From positions 65,348,001 through 65,412,000 of the forward strand of contig OX597822.1 of the NCBI GenBank assembly GCA_951406725.2: a DNA stretch of 64,000 nucleotides. The letters are read 5' to 3'. The DNA comes from Octopus vulgaris. Taxonomy: Eukaryota. Position numbers and translations under genes: made by a program. Position 1 is the stretch's first letter; every line of letters begins with the position of its first letter. Below are positions 55,546-64,000 of this stretch, in pieces. The notes under the pieces are model-generated. The model saw only the letters and a list, made by a program, of their open reading frames with translations, did not search any database and was not told the DNA's origin.

Positions 55546-57873
55546 TTATTGCTTATTTAGCTTGGGTTCGAATTTATCAATAAAATTCTTTTCTCTGATT
55601 TTCCTCTCGATTTCACTTGGGCTATGTAATGTGTAGAATGGAAATATTATATATATTTTCCGACCACATGTTGCTAGGTGGTTACTCAAAGGTATCTGAC
55701 GGACCTCTGGGTCTCTAATCTGTTGCCGGTGTACACGTGAGCGTTCTAATAGTGCGTTTCCCGTCTGACCTACATATATTTCTTCACAATTTGGGCATTT
55801 GATGCAGTAAATTAAATTTCTGCTTTTGCAGTTCATATTCGCGTTTGTGAATATTTTCCCGGTTTTTGTGTTTATATATTGACCGGTATGTATGAATTGG
55901 CATGTGCCACATCGGCTATCATTGCATTTAGATACCGTGAATGTTTGGTCTTTGTTGCTGAGGTCAAATTTTGCCTTTGTTAGTAATGTTTTCAAGTTCT
56001 TAGGCTGTCTTTTACTAAGCACCATAGCTCGATCCTTGATTATGTCTTTTAATTCATTACTTTGGGCAATGATTGGTAGGTTTGCTTTGGCAATGTTGAA
56101 GATATTCTGGTGACATGGGTTGTGTGTCACTATGAATGGTATGACTTGTTCTTGTTTTCCTCTTCCTTGGGTTGTCCTAAGTTGTTGTATAGGTATTTTT
56201 ATAGCCCGCTGTATGCCATTTTCTATAAGTAGAGATGGGTATTTTTGTTTGAGCAAAAATTCTCTTAGTTCTATTAGGCGTTTGTTCCTGATATTTGCAT
56301 CTTCTACAATAGTACAAATTCTTCTGGCTAGGCAGTATGGGATGTTACGTTTTGTATGTGGTGGATGGCACGACTTAAAATTTAGGTGTTGATGTGTGTC
56401 TGTGTGTTTATAGTATATATCTGTGGTGATGGTGGTGTCTTTTTTAATTACCATTATATCCAGGAATGGTAATTTGGTACTACTCATCTCCTTTGTAAAT
56501 TTGAGAGATGGGTGTAGGTTGTTCAGGAGGATATTGAACTCTTCCAGAGTATTTAGAGATTCTGTCCAGATTATGAAACAGTCGTCTAGGTATCTCTTCC
56601 ATGCCTTTTCAATATACTTTCTAAATCCAGTGCAATAGTTTACCTCCACCTCTTGGTAGAGTTGTTCTTCTAAGTATCCCATTACAGAGTTGGCGTAAAC
56701 GGGAGCAAACCTCGTTCCCATCGCCGTGCCTCTAATTTGGATGTAATTCTTTCCATTGAAGAAGAATGTGTTATTTTCTAGAATAAGTTTGACTGTGTCT
56801 AATATAAATGGCACTGTGAATCTGCTGGGAATCACTTCTCTATGTTTTTCTAACCAGTATTTAATCGCCTTTATTCCTAAATCGTGTGGAATATTGGTGT
56901 AGAGGCTTACCACATCAAAACTTAGTAAAACTGAATTTGTTTCTGTTGTTTTGGGAAGATGGGACAGGAAGTCGATGTCATCCCTGATGAAACTTGGTAT
57001 GTAAGTACATAGTGGTTTCAAAACAATGTCAATAAAATTGCTTAGACGGTGTGTAGGGCATGCTGGACCAGCTATAATAGGTCTAAGTTTTAGGTCTTTT
57101 GGATGTAATAATTTTATGTACTCACTTTCTTGTTCTTTTACTGCCTGTTGAATGTTTTTTGATTTGTGTATTTTTGGTAAGCCGTAGAAGTTGCTGGGTT
57201 TTGGTTCAAAATTGGTGATGTAGTCTTTTTCATTATCCGTAAGTGAGTTGTGGTGTGTTGAAATCAGGTTGTTGATCTTTTTCATGATGTGGTGGTCTAT
57301 ATTTGCGGGTATTTCACAATAGAAGGTTGTATCCTTCAGTTGGTCTTCAACCAAATCCTTATAGTATTCGGTATCCATAATAACAATTGCACCACCTTTA
57401 TCTGCTTGTTTAATTATTATTGTTTGATCGTTTTGTATACGTTTACATGCAGACATCTCTGATTTGCTAATGTTTGGCCTAACATTGGTATTGCGTCTAA
57501 GGGGAAATTTAGACAGGATATCAATGTATTGGTCAAGGTAGTTATTTCTTCCTTTTGGTGGGGTGAAATTTGATTTATTCCTTACTAGGGATTCATCAAT
57601 CTCATTACTTTTGTTAGCGAAGAATTCTACAAGTCGTAATTTTCGACAGAATTTTTGGATATCCTCCTTTAATTCTTGGTGGTTGGCTGTTGGTGTAGGT
57701 GTGAATTTCAGTCCTTTTGACAGAAGTTGGATTTCATCATTGTCAAGATCTCTTTTTGATAAATTAATTATTTTAGGATCTATACGTTCAGTTGTTTGGG
57801 GTATGTTTCCTCTTGGATTTTTTCTTTCTCCGGTGTTTGTTGTCCTGACGTAAAAAAATGGATTTTTTTCTGG
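55546..57873 (-). CDS. PLE reverse transcriptase + C-terminal GIY-YIG endonuclease (first ATG at 57456; frame open to 57873)
   Basis: Motifs ADKG, FYGLPKIHK, LRPII, SFDVVSLYTNIP, GTAMGTRFAP, RYLDD, LPFLD, YYKHT. Linker CxxxxCxxC. GIY-YIG NLIYCIKCPNCEEIYVGQTG...R..H...E...LN. Upstream of the ATG the frame reads IINLSKRDLDNDEIQLLSKGLKFTPTP, a typical PLE N-terminal motif. Confidence 0.95.
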   Translation of the reverse strand, partial: PEKNPFFYVRTTNTGERKNPRGNIPQTTERIDPKIINLSKRDLDNDEIQLLSKGLKFTPTPTANHQELKEDIQKFCRKLRLVEFFANKSNEIDESLVRNKSNFTPPKGRNNYLDQYIDILSKFPLRRNTNVRPNISKSEMSACKRIQNDQTIIIKQADKGGAIVIMDTEYYKDLVEDQLKDTTFYCEIPANIDHHIMKKINNLISTHHNSLTDNEKDYITNFEPKPSNFYGLPKIHKSKNIQQAVKEQESEYIKLLHPKDLKLRPIIAGPACPTHRLSNFIDIVLKPLCTYIPSFIRDDIDFLSHLPKTTETNSVLLSFDVVSLYTNIPHDLGIKAIKYWLEKHREVIPSRFTVPFILDTVKLILENNTFFFNGKNYIQIRGTAMGTRFAPVYANSVMGYLEEQLYQEVEVNYCTGFRKYIEKAWKRYLDDCFIIWTESLNTLEEFNILLNNLHPSLKFTKEMSSTKLPFLDIMVIKKDTTITTDIYYKHTDTHQHLNFKSCHPPHTKRNIPYCLARRICTIVEDANIRNKRLIELREFLLKQKYPSLLIENGIQRAIKIPIQQLRTTQGRGKQEQVIPFIVTHNPCHQNIFNIAKANLPIIAQSNELKDIIKDRAMVLSKRQPKNLKTLLTKAKFDLSNKDQTFTVSKCNDSRCGTCQFIHTGQYINTKTGKIFTNANMNCKSRNLIYCIKCPNCEEIYVGQTGNALLERSRVHRQQIRDPEVRQIPLSNHLATCGRKIYIIFPFYTLHSPSEIERKIREKNFIDKFEPKLNKQ

Positions 57874-59072
57874 TTATGATTTATATTCCTGTTGATGTTT
57901 GCTTGATGAATTTTGCATTTTGGTTGTGGTACTTTACTTGGTTTCGTTATGTTTTCTGTCTTGTTTTTGGTATTATGTATGCTACTTTTCAATTTCTTGT
58001 TAGCATTGTTTTTAACCACCTGGAGAAATGATCTGGGTTTACTTCTAGATCTAGATCGGTTTTTTGTCCAGTTTCTTGTGGGTAATCTCTGTTGAGGTCT
58101 TGAAAATGATCTCCTGTTATTTCTACTGCTAATGGTCTGTTCAAAACAATATCTATTTTGTTTGTGCTTTTTGTTCATGTTGTGTGCATTAGGGTGTTTG
58201 CATACAAAATGGGAAGAGTTCTTACCGTAGTTCGTCTTCGATTCGTGGTGAAACGGGTGTTTATGTTGCCACGTGTTCTGGTGTATGTTGCGTTGGTGAG
58301 GTTGTCCACTTTTAATGCTATTTCTCGGAGTTCTGGTGTCTTTACCGTAATTTGTAGCATATTTGTCGAGAAATAATTGTTTCCGCTGCCAAAACTTTCT
58401 TGATCTGCTTTCTTCTTTTGAGATATCTCTGATCCATAGTTCTCGCATTTTTTCTGCTATATTGCCGGTCGTTAGTTTGGATATTTCATCTCTGATTTGA
58501 TCATCGATAGCTTCGTATTTGACTTTGTAGCGGGATTGTTTAGACAGGGTAATGGAGATGTCGGTCCTGAATTTTATCAAACTAAGGTCCCATCGAAGTT
58601 TAGTTTCTTCCTCTGGTTCTCCTGCAATTTCTTTAATTAGGTACTTCCGAGGAAGTATGGGTGCCGCTAAAGATATCCATTTCGAATGTATTTCAGCATA
58701 TTTTTCGCATTTATATGCCTTCCAGAAGTTTTGTTTTCTTATGTTAAGGAGTTTTTTCCATGTCTTCTGTATCTCTTCTCTTTTTCGGTGTGCCTCTTTT
58801 TCCAGATTTCTTTCGTTTATTTCTGACATCCAAGGAGGTTGTGGTAGGCTTTCTCTTGTAGATTTTATAATTGTTGGTATCATTTCAGCTAAATTCTTAA
58901 TTTCAGAGTTTATGTGTTCATTTCCAAGTTTTCCGTCTGTAGACTGTTTTTCTATTTCCTTTAAAATAGAGGATTGTGTGTCAATCATCGTGATGAGTGT
59001 TGATAATTTCGATGAAATTTCCATTAGAATTCTTTCGGATTCTGTTAATTTTGTTTGTTGCTTTCCAGACAT
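57780..59072 (-). CDS. PLE ORF1, 430 aa, helical/coiled-coil-like N-terminal half and basic low-complexity C-terminal half
   Basis: Long intact ORF with ATG in good context (gccaacATG) about 20 nt after the upstream pLTR. It overlaps the RT frame by about 94 nt. Confidence 0.8.
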   Translation of the reverse strand: MSGKQQTKLTESERILMEISSKLSTLITMIDTQSSILKEIEKQSTDGKLGNEHINSEIKNLAEMIPTIIKSTRESLPQPPWMSEINERNLEKEAHRKREEIQKTWKKLLNIRKQNFWKAYKCEKYAEIHSKWISLAAPILPRKYLIKEIAGEPEEETKLRWDLSLIKFRTDISITLSKQSRYKVKYEAIDDQIRDEISKLTTGNIAEKMRELWIRDISKEESRSRKFWQRKQLFLDKYATNYGKDTRTPRNSIKSGQPHQRNIHQNTWQHKHPFHHESKTNYGKNSSHFVCKHPNAHNMNKKHKQNRYCFEQTISSRNNRRSFSRPQQRLPTRNWTKNRSRSRSKPRSFLQVVKNNANKKLKSSIHNTKNKTENITKPSKVPQPKCKIHQANINRNINHNQKKIHFFTSGQQTPEKEKIQEETYPKQLNV

Positions 59073-59277
59073 GTTGGCATATACACAATAGGAATATAGA
59101 TATATATATATATGGGTGTGTGTGATTGTGTATAGAAGAATATATTAATAAAAAGAATTCCAACCTTGTCTGATTTTCACGTTTTATTTACAATCTTATA
59201 ATGATATATTATATGATAATATATTATAATTGAATAAAATAAAATGAAATAGTAGAATGTTAAATATTCATTCTGAT

Positions 59278-59322
59278 TGAACTAGTACTTTCATGCATTG
59301 AATTCTGCAATCTTCGGGTTCA
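59278..59322 (-). ncRNA. Minimal type I hammerhead ribozyme in the upstream pLTR
   Basis: Reverse complement of 63093-63137. Confidence 0.75.
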
Positions 59323-59385
59323 TGTAGTAGTGTTGACAGTCATGCTTCACAATTTTTGACTGTAGCAAGATGAGTGATTCTGTGC

Positions 59386-59499
59386 TATAAATACAGCTGG
59401 GTAGGCTCCAGAGTGCTAGGTTTTGCAAACTGTATTCTGACCAATCAGTGTGTAGTATCACTCAATTACTTAAGCTGATTGGTTGGTTGAGCTGATTGG
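59386..59499 (-). promoter_or_regulatory. Candidate Pol II promoter in the pLTR (3 CCAAT boxes + TATA-like box)
   Basis: CTGATTGG at 59492-59499 and 59475-59482, CCAATCAG at 59441-59448, TATAAATA (TATTTATA on minus) at 59386-59393. All lie upstream of the HHR and ORF1 in element orientation. Confidence 0.55.
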
Positions 59500-59911
59500 T
59501 TTAGGCATCACGCTTTGTTGGACAGGTCAAGAGTCCTGTATCTTGACCCTGGCCGAAGCAGCAATTGTTGGGTTATTTTTAGAAATGTTGTAAATATCCT
59601 TTGTCAGAGATTTTTATATTTTTATATTTCAATTGTCATCATCATCATTGTCAGCACCTTAATTATTGTTGCTAGTGGTGATGGTGGTGGCAATAGAACT
59701 TTTAACCCTAAATAAGATAATTTTCCTGCTATCTTCGTCTTGATCACCTTTAGTATTGTTGTTGTTGTTAGTGGTCTTGGTCGTAGCAGTGGAAGTAATA
59801 CCTCTAAGTATTATTATTATTGCTTATTTAGCTTGGGTTCGAATTTATCAATAAAATTCTTTTCTCTGATTTTCCTCTCGATTTCACTTGGGCTGTGTAA
59901 TTTGTAGAATG

Positions 59912-60364
59912 GAACTACGGTAAGAACTCTTCCCATTTTGTATGCAAACACCCTAATGCACACAACATGAACAAAAGCACAAACAAAATAGATATTGTTT
60001 TGAACAGACCATTAGCAGTAGAAATAACAGGAGATCATTTTCAAGACCTCAACAGAGATTACCCACAAGAAACTGGACAAAAAACCGATCTAGATCTAGA
60101 AGTAAACCCAGATCATTTCTCCAGGTGGTTAAAAACAATGCTAACAAGAAATTGAAAAGTAGCATACATAATACCAAAAACAAGACAGAAAACATAACGA
60201 AACCAAGTAAAGTACCACAACCAAAACGCAAAATTCATCAAGCAAACATCAACAGGAACATAAATCATAACCAGAAAAAAATCCATTTTTTTACGTCAGG
60301 ACAACAAACACCGGAGAAAGAAAAAATCCAAGAGGAAACATACCCCAAACAACTGAACGTATAG
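59912..60364 (+). pseudogene. 5'-truncated ORF1 remnant of the inverted PLE copy
   Basis: Reverse complement of 57780-58233, with a 1-bp deletion in an A-run near 59975 and a few substitutions. Confidence 0.85.
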
Positions 60365-62598
60365 ATCCTAAAATAATTAATTTATCAAAAAGAGATCTTG
60401 ACAATGATGAAATCCAACTTCTGTCAAAAGGACTGAAATTCACACCTACACCAACAGCCAACCACCAAGAATTAAAGGAGGATATCCAAAAATTCTGTCG
60501 AAAATTACGACTTGTAGAATTCTTCGCTAACAAAAGTAATGAGATTGATGAATCCCTAGTAAGGAATAAATCAAATTTCACCCCACCAAAAGGAAGAAAT
60601 AACTACCTTGACCAATACATTGATATCCTGTCTAAATTTCCCCTTAGACGCAATACCAATGTTAGGCCAAACATTAGCAAATCAGAGATGTCTGCATGTA
60701 AACGTATACAAAACGATCAAACAATAATAATTAAACAAGCAGATAAAGGTGGTGCAATTGTTATTATGGATACCGAATACTATAAGGATTTGGTTGAAGA
60801 CCAACTGAAGGATACAACCTTCTATTGTGAAATACCCGCAAATATAGACCACCACATCATGAAAAAGATCAACAACCTGATTTCAACACACCACAACTCA
60901 CTTACGGATAATGAAAAAGACTACATCACCAATTTTGAACCAAAACCCAGCAACTTCTACGGCTTACCAAAAATACACAAATCAAAAAACATTCAACAGG
61001 CAGTAAAAGAACAAGAAAGTGAGTACATAAAATTATTACATCCAAAAGACCTAAAACTTAGACCTATTATAGCTGGTCCAGCATGCCCTACACACCGTCT
61101 AAGCAATTTTATTGACATTGTTTTGAAACCACTATGTACTTACATACCAAGTTTCATCAGGGATGACATCGACTTCCTGTCCCATCTTCCCAAAACAACA
61201 GAAACAAATTCAGTTTTACTAAGTTTTGATGTGGTAAGCCTCTACACCAATATTCCACACGATTTAGGAATAAAGGCGATTAAATACTGGTTAGAAAAAC
61301 ATAGAGAAGTGATTCCCAGCAGATTCACAGTGCCATTTATATTAGACACAGTCAAACTTATTCTAGAAAATAACACATTCTTCTTCAATGGAAAGAATTA
61401 CATCCAAATTAGAGGCACGGCGATGGGAACGAGGTTTGCTCCCGTTTACGCCAACTCTGTAATGGGATACTTAGAAGAACAACTCTACCAAGAGGTGGAG
61501 GTAAACTATTGCACTGGATTTAGAAAGTATATTGAAAAGGCATGGAAGAGATACCTAGACGACTGTTTCATAATCTGGACAGAATCTCTAAATACTCTGG
61601 AAGAGTTCAATATCCTCCTGAACAACCTACACCCATCTCTCAAATTTACAAAGGAGATGAGTAGTACCAAATTACCATTCCTGGATATAATGGTAATTAA
61701 AAAAGACACCACCATCACCACAGATATATACTATAAACACACAGACACACATCAACACCTAAATTTTAAGTCGTGCCATCCACCACATACAAAACGTAAC
61801 ATCCCATACTGCCTAGCCAGAAGAATTTGTACTATTGTAGAAGATGCAAATATCAGGAACAAACGCCTAATAGAACTAAGAGAATTTTTGCTCAAACAAA
61901 AATACCCATCTCTACTTATAGAAAATGGCATACAGCGGGCTATAAAAATACCTATACAACAACTTAGGACAACCCAAGGAAGAGGAAAACAAGAACAAGT
62001 CATACCATTCATAGTGACACACAACCCATGTCACCAGAATATCTTCAACATTGCCAAAGCAAACCTACCAATCATTGCCCAAAGTAATGAATTAAAAGAC
62101 ATAATCAAGGATCGAGCTATGGTGCTTAGTAAAAGACAGCCTAAGAACTTGAAAACATTACTAACAAAGGCAAAATTTGACCTCAGCAACAAAGACCAAA
62201 CATTCACGGTATCTAAATGCAATGATAGCCGATGTGGCACATGCCAATTCATACATACCGGTCAATATATAAACACAAAAACCGGGAAAATATTCACAAA
62301 CGCGAATATGAACTGCAAAAGCAGAAATTTAATTTACTGCATCAAATGCCCAAATTGTGAAGAAATATATGTAGGTCAGACGGGAAACGCACTATTAGAA
62401 CGCTCACGTGTACACCGGCAACAGATTAGAGACCCAGAGGTCCGTCAGATACCTTTGAGTAACCACCTAGCAACATGTGGTCGGAAAATATATATAATAT
62501 TTCCATTCTACACATTACATAGCCCAAGTGAAATCGAGAGGAAAATCAGAGAAAAGAATTTTATTGATAAATTCGAACCCAAGCTAAATAAGCAATAA
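60271..62598 (+). CDS. PLE reverse transcriptase + GIY-YIG endonuclease, inverted copy (first ATG at 60688)
   Basis: Same translation as the minus-strand copy. The frame is open from the stop at 60268-60270. Confidence 0.95.
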   Translation, partial: PEKNPFFYVRTTNTGERKNPRGNIPQTTERIDPKIINLSKRDLDNDEIQLLSKGLKFTPTPTANHQELKEDIQKFCRKLRLVEFFANKSNEIDESLVRNKSNFTPPKGRNNYLDQYIDILSKFPLRRNTNVRPNISKSEMSACKRIQNDQTIIIKQADKGGAIVIMDTEYYKDLVEDQLKDTTFYCEIPANIDHHIMKKINNLISTHHNSLTDNEKDYITNFEPKPSNFYGLPKIHKSKNIQQAVKEQESEYIKLLHPKDLKLRPIIAGPACPTHRLSNFIDIVLKPLCTYIPSFIRDDIDFLSHLPKTTETNSVLLSFDVVSLYTNIPHDLGIKAIKYWLEKHREVIPSRFTVPFILDTVKLILENNTFFFNGKNYIQIRGTAMGTRFAPVYANSVMGYLEEQLYQEVEVNYCTGFRKYIEKAWKRYLDDCFIIWTESLNTLEEFNILLNNLHPSLKFTKEMSSTKLPFLDIMVIKKDTTITTDIYYKHTDTHQHLNFKSCHPPHTKRNIPYCLARRICTIVEDANIRNKRLIELREFLLKQKYPSLLIENGIQRAIKIPIQQLRTTQGRGKQEQVIPFIVTHNPCHQNIFNIAKANLPIIAQSNELKDIIKDRAMVLSKRQPKNLKTLLTKAKFDLSNKDQTFTVSKCNDSRCGTCQFIHTGQYINTKTGKIFTNANMNCKSRNLIYCIKCPNCEEIYVGQTGNALLERSRVHRQQIRDPEVRQIPLSNHLATCGRKIYIIFPFYTLHSPSEIERKIREKNFIDKFEPKLNKQ

Positions 62599-63092
62599 TA
62601 ATAATACTTAGAGGTATTACTTCCACTGCTACGACCATGACCACTAACAACAACAACAATACTAAAGGTGATCAAGACGAAGATAGCAGGAAAATTATCT
62701 TATTTAGGGTTAAAAGTTCTATTGCCACCACCATCACCACTAGCAACAATAATTAAGGTGCTGACAATGATGATGATGACAATTGAAATATAAAAATATA
62801 AAAATCTCTGACAAAGGATATTTACAACATTTCTAAAAATAACCCAACAATTGCTGCTTCGGCCAGGGTCAAGATACAGGACTCTTGACCTGTCCAACAA
62901 AGCGTGATGCCTAAACCAATCAGCTCAACCAACCAATCAGCTTAAGTAATTGAGTGATACTACACACTGATTGGTCAGAATACAGTTTGCAAAACCTAGC
63001 ACTCTGGAGCCTACCCAGCTGTATTTATAGCACAGAATCACTCATCTTGCTACAGTCAAAAATTGTGAAGCATGACTGTCAACACTACTACA

Positions 63093-63137
63093 TGAACCCG
63101 AAGATTGCAGAATTCAATGCATGAAAGTACTAGTTCA
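63093..63137 (+). ncRNA. Minimal type I hammerhead ribozyme in the pLTR
   Basis: tgaac-CCGAAGA-ttgca(gaattcaa)tgcat-GAAA-gtac-TA-gttca. Stem I tgaac/gttca, stem II tgca/tgca, palindromic GTAC in place of stem III. The core has a U4-to-C variant. Confidence 0.75.
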
Positions 63138-63264
63138 ATCAGAATGAATATTTAACATTCTACTATTTCATTTTATTTTATTCAATTATAATATATTATC
63201 TTATAATATATCATTATAAGATTGTAAATAAAACGTGAAAATCAGACAAGGTTGGAATTCTTTT

Positions 63265-63366
<102 letters not shown>

Positions 63367-63599
63367 TCATATATACCTGGATACCTGAACATCCTTGTTA
63401 CTTATTTGCTTTTTGTTCACCAAACTTCGAGCTGCGCGGACTATACCGAACTGGCTTGGTGCCTCAGTTTAAGTACCTAATTCACCTGAATCTTAATTAT
63501 GCATTCAAATACACACACATTCACACGCACATATACACACACATACACACACATATATATATATGAATGCATAAGTATGTGTGTATATATGTAAGAATT

Positions 63600-63765
63600 T
63601 GAAAAACAGAATAGAGATGGCTTTTCTGATAATTTTTCCACTTTAAAACTTAGATGTTTGCAAGATATTAGGTGTTTACCTTTTATAAACACCCATTATC
63701 ATATGAACATCTTATTATTAAAGTGAGAAAATTATCAGAAACGCCATTTCTATTCGTTTTTTTCA
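63600..63765. repeat. Imperfect ~45-bp inverted repeat (MITE-like)
   Basis: aaaaacagaatagagatggcttttctgataatttttccactttaa versus ttaaagtgagaaaattatcagaaacgccatttctattcgttttt. Confidence 0.55.
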
Positions 63766-63810
63766 GATACATATTACACTGAACCAAGGACTTTCTATTT
63801 CTTATTCTGA

Positions 63811-63893
<83 letters not shown>

Positions 63894-64000
63894 CATAAGG
63901 GACTAAAGCCATCTGAATATGGCTAGGGACAGGGCAGGGTGGTGGGGGTGTTACTGTTGCATTTAGCCCCAGGCGAACATCGACGTCACCAGAAAGGCTC

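Larger units (their letters stand above)
59094..59914 (-). repeat. Upstream pseudo-LTR (pLTR) of the PLE
   Basis: About 820-bp direct repeat of the element 3' end (54823-55643), including the last codons of the endonuclease. About 4 substitutions seen. Confidence 0.92.

Noticed and set aside
55892-56638. Antisense ORFs inside the PLE (also 58552-59091 and mirror copies)
   Set aside because: Shadow frames of the real ORFs with no motifs.

Overview
AT-rich, microsatellite-saturated animal DNA. The repeat content resembles an octopus or other cephalopod genome, which is an inference. No host gene could be called with confidence, and almost all short ORFs in the track are translated simple repeats. 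The main feature is a very young Penelope-like retroelement (PLE) at about 54.8-63.3 kb, inserted in (TA)n. It encodes an RT with a Cys-rich linker and a C-terminal GIY-YIG endonuclease (Neptune-type). It consists of a full pLTR-ORF1-RT/EN-pLTR unit on the minus strand fused head-to-head to a 5'-truncated inverted copy. Its 430-aa ORF1 overlaps the RT frame in -1 across a U_UUU_UUU heptamer, the conserved PLE N-terminal motif lies upstream of the first ATG of the RT frame, and each pLTR carries a minimal hammerhead ribozyme (HHR). At least three more HHR-bearing non-autonomous families occur: a tRNA-headed family with inverted arms and 9-14 bp TSDs (3 copies), a perfect 330-bp palindrome, and a ~190-bp (TA)n-embedded family. 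Also present are several tRNA-derived SINE families, fragments of CR1, RTE, R4/Dong and Tx1/L1 LINEs, a Helitron helicase remnant, and a deleted piggyBac whose empty site is preserved in a nearby duplicate.
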